Shown here: in pieces, positions 40,200-52,899 of the stretch
How the letters are laid out: every line of letters begins with the position of its first letter
Position numbering within the stretch: position 1 is the stretch's first letter
Origin: Nemertoderma westbladi
Lineage: Eukaryota > Animalia > Xenacoelomorpha
Direction: 5' to 3'
DNA length: 64,000 nucleotides
NCBI GenBank assembly: GCA_032718475.1
Contig: JAUCBJ010006869.1
Span: forward strand, 56,332-120,331
The notes under the pieces: generated by a model
What the model saw: the letters and a program-made list of their open reading frames with translations, nothing else
The model's database searches: none
What the model was told of the DNA's origin: nothing
Translations under genes and position numbers: made by a program

Positions 40200-41390
40200 T
40201 GAACGGCATGCAGCATGCATCAAACTCGTGCATACAGAGTAAAAACGTACAAAAACAAAACTACTTACAGGCCTACTGTACATGGAAAGAAGCCAGTGAG
40301 TTCCCGAATGGCCGGGCAATTCGCGTCACTGGATTCCGTCCATGGAAGGGGGGAAAACAGGGCCTCTGTGGAGCAACATCGCGGCATTCCCACGCCACAA
40401 TGTAACGGACAGGCGTTGGAATAGGTGCCTGGCCGCATCGGGAGCGGGAATGCCTCGATGGAGGCTCTGGAGACGCGCGATTTCCCAGAGGACTGCACTG
40501 GAGTCCGAGTCCCATCCACCCAGGGCCTCCAACACCAGAGGGGTGAATCCCACACTCGAATTGCGGCACTCCTCGAGATGGGTGGTGAGTTTGCGTTCCC
40601 GGGCGATGGAGAGGGCATGTCCAGGGGTACTGGCGGCTTGGGAGAGGGTTCGTGACTGGAGGGGGGAGATAACTGTGACATCTAGTGCAATGGGCTGGCC
40701 TCTTTTCCAGTTAGGAAGGTACATGTCGGCAGGGCGACTGCGGGAGCACGGAGTCAGGCCGGGGACTTCAGTCCTGGGCGCTAGAGCTGCTGATTGAGCT
40801 GCTTGGAAGATAGCATTCCGGAGTGAGTCATGGCGTGATATCATGGCTCCTTCACCGCCACAGCTAACATAATGGTCTCCAAAGGGGTCAGAGGCAGAGG
40901 AGCAGATAGGACAGGCAGTTGGTTCCGAGACCATGCGAACACCTAGCCAGTAGTGCAGGGAGAGCCTGAATTCCTGGTCCAGAAATAGTAGGCCCAGACT
41001 CTCAGAGGGGATGGCTTGAAGCCAGTCCCCAGCATGGTGCAAAGCCGTGGAATTGGCAAGGGCCCGGGATCTGAGGTCAGGTGCTGTGGCGAGGAGATGG
41101 GTGTGGAGGGAAGAGTCCACTAAGTGGGAAAGCTTTCTCTGGGTTACAGGGGTTGGTAGAGCAGAGATTGATCTCCACTCGGGTTCTTTGGCAATGGTGG
41201 CCAGAGAGGTGAGAGCAGGTTGTAAGTTTGGGTTGACTGGGGAATGGCCAAGGATACGAAATATGAGTGGCTCGGCCTGGCATGCAGATGCCACGTAGGC
41301 GGCAGGGGCATGTGAAGTGGTCTTACGCAGGCCAAGCCCCCCCCCCCCCCCCCCCCATGGAGGTAGGAAGGCATGCCTTGTCATAAGACC
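40200..41390 (-). mobile_element. CRE-clade non-LTR retrotransposon 3' fragment with open RLE-domain ORF (40326-41384)
   Basis: GGLGLR, HAGDWLQAIP..LGL, EFRLSLHYWLG, CPIC..DPFGDHYVSC, RHDSLRN, RPAD, LDVTV, ERK and FTPLVLEALGGW. These are the Zn knuckle and PD-(D/E)xK motifs. Confidence 0.88.
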
Positions 41391-42269
41391 AGTCTGAGAG
41401 GGATTATTCCAAGTCTGTGGGGAATTTTTTTTATAATAATACTCCTCCCTCCATTATCCATAAAAAGTATTCAGCTCATCCAATAAACATGATTAATTTT
41501 CAAGGCATACTCCCGCGCGCAGATTAGACTGTAGATAGACCATAAAGGCAACCCCGCTATAATCTCTAGAACACTTTTAACGCTGTTGTTATATTGAAAT
41601 CGGTTGTTGGTCCCGTGTACCATCGTATCTTTGTGCCAATTGTTCAAGACTGAAGAGTTTTTAATTCTATGTGCCTTTGAAGGAACTCGATAGATTTCTC
41701 TACTCCAACATTCATTTCGGATGTAGATTAACTTCGAATTTGCAGTGAATTCTTATATCTGGCTCTGAACTCATTAGAAAGTGTAGATTGAAATAGGCCT
41801 ATTTCTTTGAGGAAACCGGTTATGTATTGGGTATTATAGACTACAGCTGTGACCAAACCTCTGCATTACTTATTCTTTCTATTCTTCTTACTCGATTTTA
41901 GATTAATATATTCCAGGTTCGTCCGGAGATTAATATGGAATGAAATGAATGATATATTTGCTTTGTTAACTGTAGGCCTATACGGTAAATTTAATTTTCA
42001 TTCAGACTTACTTTCTGCTTTCCAGGCAGGACTTGTGATTCCGTTTAATATCTTCATTTGAACATTTTTGAATTTCATAGCTAAATTATTTTTTTTACAT
42101 TAAGATACACCCCCAGTCGGGGTAAATATTCTATTATTTCTATAATTACTGTTTCTAAATTATCTATCTGCCTAACCGCAAACTTCTACGACTTTGACAG
42201 ATATATTTTTATATTAAAAATTTATTACGGAGCCCCTAATGGGACATGTGAAAAAAAAATTTTTTTTTG

Positions 42270-42497
42270 CTAACTCGTGCGAACGACTTAGTATGTCGTG
42301 CGAATGACTTACTAAGTCGTGCGAACGACATACTAAGTCGTGTGAACGACTTAACTAACTCGTGCGAACGACATACTAAGTCGTGTGAACGACTTACTAA
42401 GTCGTGCGAATGACTTACTAAGTCGTGCGAACAACTTACTAAGTCGTGCAAACAACTTAACTAACTCGTGCGAATGACTTAGTAACGCGTGCGAACA
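42270..42497. repeat. Left subterminal 21-bp tandem array of the IS3EU element
   Basis: gaacgacttactaagtcgtgc units, inverted relative to the right array. Confidence 0.92.
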
Positions 42498-42498
42498 A

Positions 42499-43931
42499 GA
42501 AGTCATTAATTTCATTTCCAATGAAATTAAAGGATCGGGACACCTGCATGGGTATCGCATGATGCACACCAAGTGCATATTAGCTGGACTGTGAGTGCGA
42601 AAGGAAGATGTGAGTCACATTCTCCGCATGCTTGATCCTGAAGTATCGCAATGGCACGCTACGAGACGTTTGTGTCGCCACCAGTACTTTGTTAAAGGGA
42701 CAGAATTTTATCTGGCACCTAGACGGGTATGACAAATTGAAACCTTATGGATTATGCATTAGGGATAGTCACGAATTTCCTTGTTAAATATCATTAGAAT
42801 GTTTTATTTTCAAGTAAGAGTGAAATAAAGTAAATTATGGGGTGCTATATAAACTACGCGGCTTGAAATAAAGTAACAGTATTGTTTCAGTATAATATCT
42901 TTAACAATTTAATTTTATTTTAACTTATTCAGTGAATAGCTGTATTATCTACGGTCGGTGCTGTTAGATAAGCTGATTATAGTGTCAGGTGTTGTAGTTG
43001 TGTTGCTATGCAACATTCCCATCTCACTATTGTATTGAACAGCTGTAGTCGAACTCTCAGGTTTTGGGGGGGAGGTGAGATGGGTGCTACTATTTAGAGT
43101 ATTGTACAATATTGTGACTCCGCCACAATATTCGATTTAAATAAAGTACGTACCCGTATTTCACTTTCAGGCTCTTGTTTCATATTTCACTCAGTCGCTT
43201 ACGCTCGTTCTTAATAAAATTAATTCGAATAAGTAATGCGTAACATCCCTAGTGAAACCAGTGGGTGCATTGATGGATATTCCCGGAAAATGATTTGGTT
43301 GAACGTGTATAACACCAACAATGACAGTAAAGTTATCGGGGGCTACTTCCTGGAAGCGATATCTGAGAACAAGGGTGCTCCGCGGATTGTTCATGGGGAT
43401 TTTGGAACAGAAAATGTTCATATTCGAGACTTTCAGAAGTTCATCCATAGAGATCATACTGACAATATGCAGCAGACCTGTTACATCGATGGCCCAAGCA
43501 CAGCTAATCAGAGGATTGAAGCGTGGTGGGGATCCCTCCGTGGAGGAGACAAAGTATGGAGTGCTGGATGGATTTTTTTCAAGTCCCTTCAAGACAATGG
43601 TATATTCGATGGAAGCTATTTACATAAAAACTTAGTGCGGTTTTGTTTTACATCAATAGTACAGGATGAGATAGATAGGGTAGCTAAACTCTGGAATAAA
43701 CATCGAATTCGATCATCACGCAATCCCAACGTGCCGGCAGGCAGCCCTAACATTATGTTCAAGCTGCCTGAACTCTGGGGTGGAACCCATCAACTCTGTC
43801 CCGTAAGTTCTGGCGATATTGAAACATGCTGCGATGAGGCTACTTATCGTCTTCCCACTGGGCATTGCGATATTGACCTTTATGAACTATGCATTAACTA
43901 TATGCAAAAGTATCGTATAATACCCCGCTAA
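42499..43931 (+). pseudogene. Integrase-core (DDE) transposase, interrupted at 42760-43258
   Basis: GSGHLHGYRMMH..ILRMLDPE..FIWHLDGYDKLKPYGLCI | SGCIDGYSRKMIWL..VHGDFGTEN..STANQRIEAWW..WNKHRIR..P.G.P. One stop and one frameshift in the 5' part, and the N-terminus is missing. Confidence 0.85.
42760..43251. mobile_element. ~490-bp MITE with hAT-like TAGGGAT termini inserted in the transposase
   Basis: TAGGGAT at the left and ATCCCTA at the right. Its removal rejoins YGLCI with SGCIDG. No clean TSD visible. Confidence 0.6.
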
Positions 43932-44140
43932 GCAAATGATCTATATATCCTTTTAACCAGCGAACTAGACCGACTAATGTATTAATATGGATATGGATTC
44001 ATTATTATTCTTAAAACACATAATAGATATTAAGACGTCAGTGAAATACCGAATAATAATAATAAATGATAATCTGTATATCAAATATGAACGTTTTAAT
44101 ATTTTGTACTGAAGTTTTGAACTGGAGTTTTTAGATTTGA

Positions 44141-45198
44141 TTAAGAATCAGAAAATGTTTTCTGGGTGGCTATGCTAATAGCCATTCGTTCCTTGAAAGA
44201 ATTATAATCGTCCAAAATAGGTAGCTGCAAGTCCATACTGCAGGTACTTATGCGAGGTAACCCAACCATGTACTGTACTTATCAACAACATCCTCTGGGT
44301 GCAGGAACGACACTTTTGGTTGCAAATCAAACCCAAGAGGTGGAATGCTCTCTGTGCATTTTACGAGAATAAGGAGATCACTCAAACCGATAGTAATATC
44401 GTCGTTGTCAATATATATACCCTCTGTAACAAAATTCAAAACAATTAATAACATAATTAATAACCTAATTATAACTTTTTGTTGGGCACAGCTTTTGCAA
44501 TGACGTCCAGGTGGGATCGAACTGGTGACCTCCGGGTTGGTAGTCTGACGCTCTAACCATTCAGCTAGCGGCTCAGGTAAAAGATAGACCTGGAAATACT
44601 AACTGATACCTTGTATGTCAGCAATTTACCTCCTCATGGCCTCCCATCTGTCAATACTATCATATCCTGCCACTGTGCTCAACCCGTACCGTACTTGGCC
44701 GTCTTTAAGTACACTCTACAATATAATAAATTATAATAATAACCTAAACCATACCTACCATCTAGATCTTGTAGCAAATCTTTCCAGTAATTTACAGTTC
44801 TCCGTTCGCGCCGACGCCTGTTACTTACTTCCTCAGACCAAACTACATCAAACAAATGATCAACCATCACAGCATCAAGTTCCCGCTTTTGGTAAACAAA
44901 CATATCGCGGCAAGTGTCTTTGTACTTGCATATTTCAGAAAGTAGGCACATTCTGTCCATGCCATCGCGAAGTCTAAAGTTAAAGATAAATTAAATTTAA
45001 AAATAAATTAATTAAAACAAACCCTGTTCTAAAGCTCCACGGGTTCTATCGATAACAATAAACTTTGTTAGGCAAGCAACGAGTTCTTCCTTATTTGAGT
45101 ATTTCATTTGCAAGATTGAAACACCCAGCTAGAGCAATCAGTTCTTCGACTCTTCCTGTAGCGTCACGGAATTCCTCATCAGTCTGGGAATCTGCCAT
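44141..45198 (-). pseudogene. Spliced HECT-domain (G2E3-like) E3 ubiquitin ligase-like gene; last three exons ~45023-45198, 44759-44973, 44141-44423
   Basis: RDGMDRMCLL..LFDVVWSEEVSNRRRRE..YWKDLLQDLD, then LSDLLIL..IPPLGF..P..FLH..STC..LQLP..Y..F...M. GT/AG sites are present and the last intron is phase-compatible (GAT G|AG GGT). Contains frameshifts. Confidence 0.72.
44490..44670 (-). mobile_element. tRNA-derived repeat in the HECT intron (second copy at ~59385-59560)
   Basis: On the minus strand, tagctgaatggttagagcg (A box) and agttcgatccc (B box). Aligns with 59385-59560. Confidence 0.6.
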
Positions 45199-45634
45199 CT
45201 GTTTGGAGGGGCATAATAATATACATATCAAATTCCGTTAGCACCACCACCAGCCCTCCATACTACGTAGGCCTCAACTGACAAACAATTACCGCTACTG
45301 CCCTACATGGTGGACGGTAGCAGGTAGGCAAGGCAGTAAGGCACCGATTGCAGTTTCTGAGTTCGTAGTTTAGGCCTACCAGCCTGCTGCTGTATTGTGA
45401 ATTGTAGAAAACAGTATCTGGCCTACAGCAGTATAGCCCAGTACAGCAGTAGCCATACCGGTAGCCCAATCCAGTATCCTGTATAGCAGTATCAGAGTAT
45501 ACAGGTAGGCCTATGTCCAATATAATATTTTCAACCAATAATGCCATCAACACCAATGCTGTAGATTGAATTGAAAAACCCGCTAAAAAGGTTGTACTTT
45601 TATTACCAGTATTATTTAGCAAATCAAAGTAGAG

Positions 45635-46290
45635 TTAGTAAGTCGTTCGCACGACTTATTATGTCGTTCGCATGACTTAGTAAGTCGTTCGCATGACTTA
45701 GTAAGTCGTTTGCACGACTTAGTAAGTCGTTCGCACGAGTTAGTTAAGTCGTTCGCACGACTTAGTATGTCGTTCGCACGACTTAGTATGTCGTTCGCAC
45801 GACTTAGTGAGTCGTTCACACTACTTATACGAGTTATTAGATACTATGTATACGAGTTAGTTAAGTCGTTCGTACGACTTAGTATATCGTTCGCACGACT
45901 TAGTATATCGTTTGCACGACTTAGTAAGTCGTTCGCACGACTTAGTAAGTCGTTCGCACGACTTAGTAAGTCGTTTGCACGACTTAGTAAGTCGTTCGCA
46001 CGACTTAGTATGTCGTTCGCACGAGTTAGTTAAGTCGTTCGCACGACTTAGTAAGTCGTTCGCTCATTCGCACGAGTTAGTTAAGTCGTTTGCACGACTT
46101 ATTAAGTCATTCCCACGACTTAGTAAGTCGTTCGCACGACTTGGTATGTCGTTCGCACGAGTTAGTTAAGTCGTTCGCACGACTTAGTATGTCGTTCGCA
46201 CGACTTAGTAAGTCGTTCGCACGAGTTAGTAAGTCGTTCGCACGACTTAGTATGTCGTTCGCACGACGTAGTAAGTCGTTCGCACGAATT
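45635..46290. repeat. Right subterminal 21-bp tandem array of the IS3EU element
   Basis: gcacgacttagtaagtcgttc units, with a 25-nt variant gcacgagttagttaagtcgttc-type interspersed. Confidence 0.92.
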
Positions 46291-46779
46291 AGCGAAAAAA
46301 AAATTATAATTCACATGTCCCTTTAGGGGCTCCGTAATTTATCTTCATCAATAATAAATCATCTAAGTACTCATGCTAGGAATAACCAGCAGCTGTGAAC
46401 TAAAGTTATTGTTATAATCCACAATCTTTCCTGTTCGCAGGCCATGAAAAATAATAATTTGAGGAAATATTTCCTTCAGCTTGTTAAGCTCCAAGTTGAA
46501 TTAGATACAATCCAATTCAAAGGCATCTCTAATCTTTATCCTAACATAATGAGATACTCCATCATTTATCTGGCGGCATTGCCTTCACAAATCCAAGGAC
46601 TTATTCATTCATCAAAGATGATGGTAATTTGTGTAGGTTATATTTCGATTTAAGATAGGCAGTGGAATCTTTAGAGTGCTGTACCTGTATTTAATATAGT
46701 ACACTACACTACATAGTTACTATGCGCTTTATATACTGTAGAGTATGCTTCTTTATATAGTAAATGTTTCAGCATTTAA

Positions 46780-47030
46780 AGCTTGGTCTAGTGGTGACAT
46801 TTCTGGGCTTCCAACCAGGAAACCCTGGTTCGATCCCTAGATGGGGCAGCACTGTTTGGGCATAGTGCTTTAAATGTTGCAGCCTAGCCCAACTCTGGAT
46901 TTCATCCTTGACTGGTCGATAAATGGGAACCAAGGCAACTTGGGAAACAGAGTGAAGATCACCCATGGTGGTGATTAGGCATTCCTTATCTAACGAGCCT
47001 AAAACACTGGTCCCCACGTTCTGTTATCGA
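46780..47030 (+). mobile_element. tRNA-derived SINE with conserved central domain
   Basis: A box ggtctagtggt and B box ggttcgatccc, followed by ccaactc...ttcatcctt...ggtcgataaatg.gaacc, which resembles a widespread invertebrate SINE core. Confidence 0.65.
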
Positions 47031-47279
47031 TTGACCCATATACCAAAAATTATTCAATTTGGACAAAGCCTTGCCCTGTTAGCATTGATTTTCATTGACT
47101 GTGTTAAAATGGTAAACTAATAGACCCAATAAACCTGCATACTTAATAATGTTTAGGCATCTATGAGAACTTAGAAATACAAAATTTTTGAGCCGGACCC
47201 ACGTTTTTGGTAGGTTTACCGAGGAAAAATACTGTTAGGACTCTAAACATGTCATATATTATATATAAAACACCAAAAT

Positions 47280-48740
47280 TCAAAGCATCAAAGATAATAA
47301 AGTGTAAGTCTTTAGACAACAACGGTATTTTTGAAATTTATTTAGGTTCAAACTTCAGATACTGCGATATGATGGTATGAAAACAGGCCTGTTAAAAAAA
47401 TAGGCAAGGGTTCAAACACAAATATAAATATGTAGGTAAAATGAGTTTATTTTAGGAAAAGTACATTGCACTCGAATAGCATATAAATATAGTAACTTTT
47501 AACTCGTATATAGTAAATATATAGATATAAATTTCAAACTTGCTTTTTTCGGCTGGTGCCAAATTTTGGTGCCAGCACGAAATTTTGAAATATGTCAATT
47601 TTGTAAATTGATTGTTTGAATCTGTTGTTTGCGCAATAGCGGTTATTTGGGGGTTCTGGTTGCAATGGAATGCATACGAGAAGCACCACGCGTATCAAAC
47701 TTGTATTTTTCGACGCTGTGTGCAAAATTTGATGCCAGCACGAAATTTTGAAAATCCTTTCAATGGTTAAATTGCTTGTGACAACTTATTTCTCACGTTT
47801 TAGAGGTTTATGGCGGTTCAATGGAATAAATAATTATTCAACTAGACATCTCAAACTTGCATTTTTCGGAAGTGGGTGCAAAATTTGGTGCTAGCACTAA
47901 ATTTTGAAATCCATCAAATATATAAAATAATTGTTTCTAGCGTTATACGTTATATACGTTATACGTTATTGTGAGGGTTCTGTATTTTTCGCCGGTGGCT
48001 GAAAATTGTTGTGCCAGAACCAAATTTTTTAAAATAAGCAAATTTATAAATAGATAGTATCACGTTGTTTCTTGCGTTATACGGGTTTATGAGGGTTCTG
48101 AATCAGATAGAATCAATAAAAACAGCAATGGAAATCTCAAAATTGTACTTTTTGGTGCTGGGTAAGAAATTTGTTGCTAGCACTAGAATTTGCCATATTA
48201 CGCCAAAAAATACGAGTAGCAATGATATCGCAAATTCAAAATGTATTCCTTTAGAATCAGCGCCCCAGAAAACCTGAAAATGTGCATTTATAGCATCTTA
48301 TAAGTGATTTAAAAATTTTGTGTTCAAACTAAAAAGTGCTGGTTACTTGTTTATTTCATTTTTTGCCTGTAGAGGATTAAAACAGCCATGTATAGTAATC
48401 AGATCATTTTTAAACATTTTGCAATGGATTTTGCGCCTAAGATATCCTGTATTGAAAAACAATTCACTAAAAATTTGAACTTTCAAAATTTATGAAAATT
48501 GTTCACTACTTGTAATTTTTGTGCTGCCACATAACAACACCAGTACATTTTTTTGAAATTTTCTTTTTCGGTCGGATGCAGACTTGAGAAATCTACGTGC
48601 AAACAATCGTATAGAACAATCGTAATCAGACGTTTTAGCTAAAATTAGTAGATTTGAGTGGGGGGGGGGGGGGGGGGGCTCAATATGACCCCCCCCCCTC
48701 CCCCCCTCCCGGTATTTGTACAACATTTTATAGCCCGGTA
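47280..48740 (-). mobile_element. Inverted relative of the 31050-32370 repeat, with repeated GTGCYAGCAC motifs
   Basis: Reverse-complement blocks shared with 31.0-32.2 kb. tttggtgc(c/t)agcac recurs at about 150-bp spacing. Confidence 0.6.
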
Positions 48741-48904
48741 CCAAAACGACTGTGATGAATTGGGGAAACGGATAGACACACGTTAACCGTAAAGAACGTA
48801 TAGAACTATAGAACCGTACAGGTTAAGGCCATCGAAAAAAATTTTAATTTCCTGATCTTACATAATTAATATTACAACATTAATGATTGATGAATGATTG
48901 GTGG

Positions 48905-49400
48905 AAATGGGCTTAGCAGAATTCCTACTCCACCAATTGATGCATTGGCCGAATTTCTTACTACCGAGCTTGTTACTAACGTCCATCCATTTCCAATGTC
49001 ATTGTACTTCATGGCAGTGTCTTCATGACAAATCCGATGTTCTTGGATACAAGATGATGTCGATGTTATATTCCATTGCCAGAGCGACCATGTCACCCTG
49101 TTTGCTTTGAGCTTACAGTGTGCGTGCGTTCATTGTAGCAATCTTTAGTATCTTTTTACATTTAAACTGGTTGGTTCTTCTTTCTTCTCTGTATTCTGTT
49201 CCAGTAGCCAATTTTTCGACTCCAGCCTGTTGTACCAATGAGGGACGCAGTCCGTGTTAATCCGGGCAACGGGAAATTTCTCCTGGAGGTTTCCCATATT
49301 CATAACTTTCAGTTGTGGGAGTAAACCGCTTTTGGTCGCAACTCCTACAAGGCAAGGGCGTCTTCGGAGTTGGCCGCCGTTGCGTTGATTACCTTCCCTA
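48905..49400 (-). mobile_element. RTE LINE 5' fragment (5' UTR and N-terminus of the APE endonuclease)
   Basis: IATMNARTL, CIQEHR and NASIGGVGILLS are APE motifs. Confidence 0.78.
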
Positions 49401-49782
49401 TATCCTTCTTCATTATATAAATAAATTGGAGATCTCATTTTTTCTATTTCTGAACAAAACCATAATATTACATTCCTCATTATATGAATAGCTATAATCC
49501 TTGTCGACTGAAATACAAGTAATGATAAAATTCTCGCGATCTGCCTGCACCTTTGTCGAAAATGATTATTCAAATTCTAATAATTATAATGGTGATTGTG
49601 TTGTAACTTAGTTTATAATAAACATGATCTGCTAACCTTTTTCATTCTATACTAGAGTTTCTTTTGACACTTTTGACACATGTTCGAGCTGTATATGTTT
49701 ACCCTTTTGAAATGTAAATACTGATCAATGTAGTGTGGAACTGATCAAATCACAGAAGGCTGATTCCCTGATGACTCTCATT

Positions 49783-50964
49783 GGTGTTCGGACACTTCCC
49801 CCCCGGACACTCCCCCCCCGGACAGTTCCCCCCCGCTCAAGTAGGACACTTCCCCCCCGGACACTTCCCCCCCAGACACTTCCCCTCCGCGGACACTTCC
49901 CCCCCCCCCCCCCGACTGTTCTTAACATCGCACATTCGTATTTTTCATTTTGTAAAGTAAACGGACCGCTTGTATCCAGATAAGTTGTATCCAATTTTCC
50001 TTTCGTAGCTCAGAAAGTGATCTTTTGCATCCCGATTTTACATTTTATATCCAAGTTTTATTTATGGGTTTTATCAATGCAATTACATCGTATTGTTTGC
50101 TAATCTTTAAACAATTAATTATATTAGATGACCCATAAATTCCATCCCCGGAATGATATACTGTGTTTATTAACTATAGAATTATAATAATTAATTGTTT
50201 TAATTATAGGTATTATTATGTAATAGTCTTCTTCAAATTGTAGCAGATGGGGATGAATATTATTGTTGCAATCAAAATTATACCTCTCCAGGGTAAAATC
50301 GACATGCGTCGACCTGTATTCTGTGTTCAGCATTACATATTGATATACATATTACTACTATACATACTATATAGATATTATACACACTATATATTAAATT
50401 TCCTGGTTACTTGCAATATTTTTAATAGGATTTTGTTGAATTATATAATATTGTAGTAATTTATATATTAAATTGGTTAACATTCAATACAGCTCCTACT
50501 TTAGGCTTAGTCAATTTATTATCTGATGATACAAACATGAATTAATTATTTCAAAGTGGTCTTAAGTCTTAAACCACGGGCACTCAGGGAAGTGCCGGGG
50601 TCTGGGGGCGATAACCCCCAAGAAAAGAAGCGGGGGTTTGGGGCGGCAGCTCCCAATTAAAATAAATTAAAAGAATTAAAGGAATTAAAAGAAAAACAAA
50701 CAAAATTTGACTATAAAAATGTTTCTTTTATAATTTTGAAAAACTTGTCTAGATACAACTTGTCCTGTAACCATCTTTAACTTTTGTTTGTTGCTTTGAT
50801 GCACTCAGATTAATTTTAACACTTTAACTAGGGGGGAAGTGTCCGGGGGGCAAGTGTCCGGGGGGGGAAGTGTCCGGGGGGGAAGTGTCCGGGGGGAAGT
50901 GTCCTACTTGGGCGGGGGGGAAGTGTCCGGGGGGGAAGTGTCCGGGGGGAAGTGTCCTAGATCC
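49783..50964. mobile_element. Foldback-like MITE with GGACACTTCCCCC subterminal repeats
   Basis: GG....GGACACTTCC inverted termini, tandem ggacacttcccccc repeats in opposite orientation at each end, and an 8-bp TSD CTCTCATT (49775-49782, 50965-50972). Superfamily (MULE or hAT) is uncertain. Confidence 0.85.
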
Positions 50965-51599
50965 CTCTCATTACCCTAGACAAAAATAAATTACTGCCGA
51001 ACACTGTTTCTTATTTCCTGTGTGTGATATGTTATAAACCAACCAACACTAATGATCTGAATTATTTTGTAAATAGAGCATCGCAGTACATCAGTACAGT
51101 ACACCGCATATACATATTATACAGATAAGTAAAAATAGGATTGTTGCTTTTCAAATATTAACAAAAGCTGCACCAATTTCGCTTTGTGAATTAATATATT
51201 TTTAAACTTATTTGTTATTATCAGCTCAGCTTCTAATACTTGATTATCTAATAATTTATACATATAGTCAGTACGTCTCTACATCTCAAATAATGTCGCA
51301 ATATACTGCAATTAATATGGCTATGTTGATGTTCATCGGGTTATGGATTTTGACAGGTTTGTGAAAAATGAGTGTAATTATTATTAAATTAATTTCTATT
51401 ATTATATTTTGAATCAGTCAGTTTGGGATGGGTTGACGAATTTAATATTTAAACGGCAACATTTTCCACATCTATCTATATATCTATCTATGGTCGGCTT
51501 TGAATCTGCACATTTAGATGTTTTGCTTCTTAATAAAAATATTTTGCCACCAACATACAATACTCAATTGGCTAGCCCAATGTAGCGCGCATTAAAAAT

Positions 51600-51995
51600 G
51601 TTATTCCGGCTTATCAACAAAGTTATACCGCCACACCTTTAAGATGCGTCTCGAGTAAGTCATGGGCTGTCCATCATGCTTATTTTCTCAATGTGGGTGC
51701 CAATGGACTAGATTGTGCACAAGCAGGTCATCACAGCGTAAATAATTGTCCTGCCAAGCGGAGGCTATTCTGGTTCTGTTCAAGAGTCAAGCCATGGGAG
51801 ACTAATTATATAGTGTCTGGCTGGGGATTTCCTCGAATTTTGGAGCCTGTAGATAGAGTTACCATCAATCCATCATCATTATGATAATCTAAGGACATGC
51901 GTATGGCATAGTCAACCACAATTATGAACAAGAATGGTGCAAATGTGTGTTACCCAGGAGGACACCACATAACAATTCGAATGGATCTGTGCCCC
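51600..51995 (-). mobile_element. Internally deleted, diverged RTE fragment
   Basis: Reverse complement of RTE segments (attgtggttgactatg, atgatgatgg, ggctccaaaattcgaggaaatcc, cagcccatgact). Confidence 0.75.
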
Positions 51996-52705
51996 CATCT
52001 CATATCACTTATAGATTGATAATGAATTATTACACGAATAATTACTAAAGTTATTATTGAACTGAGTGTAAATTGTAAAAATGTAATATAGTATTATCAA
52101 GTGTCATCCAATTATCTAACACTGGTACTGTATCATAATTACCAATGTTTCAGTTTTATAATAACAAATTCGAGGCACGTATTTACCAGTGTAGACAGCT
52201 ATGAACCCAACAAATAATTGGGTGAAAATTAATTCCACATTTTGAAGAAGAACTTTGAATTATTTGTCTCATTTACAGTACGGTATTTTTAACAACTTAA
52301 GCACACGCTAACAATTTTAAGTTCGTATGTTCCATTGGAACTTTATAATTATTAATCTCCTCTACACGTACCGGTATAACTACCCAAGCACGAACAGGCA
52401 CGAACGGAATTTTTTTTGTTTGAAGCTGTGATAATTATCGGATAATATTATTGCTGCAATATGTGCTCAACTTATAATTGGACTTTCGCCACAGTAAATC
52501 ATGTATAAGTTATGTTTCGAGAAAATGATTTTCACCCGGCTAAATATTCTGGTTCACTTTTTTTCTACTTCTCTGATTCACTTTTAATTATCACTAAGAT
52601 ATTGCATATATAAATTATCATCTATGTAGCACATTTACTCAATACTTAACATTTAAAATATAGGGCCTAGTCGTTGTGATGAGTTCTGCCAAAAGTGTCA
52701 CCTGA

Positions 52706-52827
52706 AACCGGAAGTCATGCACCTGTCACCGGAAGTCATGCATGTGTCACCGAAAGTCATGCATCTGTCACCGGAAGTCTTGCATCTGTCACCGGAAGTC
52801 ATGCATCTGTCACCGCAAGTCATGCAT
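52706..52827. repeat. 21-bp tandem repeat (~6 copies) at the 3' end of the CRE fragment
   Basis: tcaccggaagtcatgcatctg units. Confidence 0.9.
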
Positions 52828-52899
52828 CCCTTATCCGCTTGAGTCCGCCTCGGCATTTGCGAGTCGTACTGAGGTCTAGCCGAGCTCGTGGATAGACCG

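Larger units (their letters stand above)
42226..46336. mobile_element. IS3EU-type DNA transposon (4.1 kb, internally deleted)
   Basis: TIR TACGGAGCCCCTAA.GGGACATGTGAA at both ends. 6-bp TSD ATTTAT at 42220-42225 and 46337-46342. 21-bp subterminal arrays. Contains an integrase-core transposase and a convergent second gene. Confidence 0.85.

Noticed and set aside
44500-44575. Functional tRNA gene (also 46780-46850, 59396-59480, 39230-39295)
   Set aside because: A and B boxes are present but the stems pair poorly, and the sequences are embedded in dispersed repeats.
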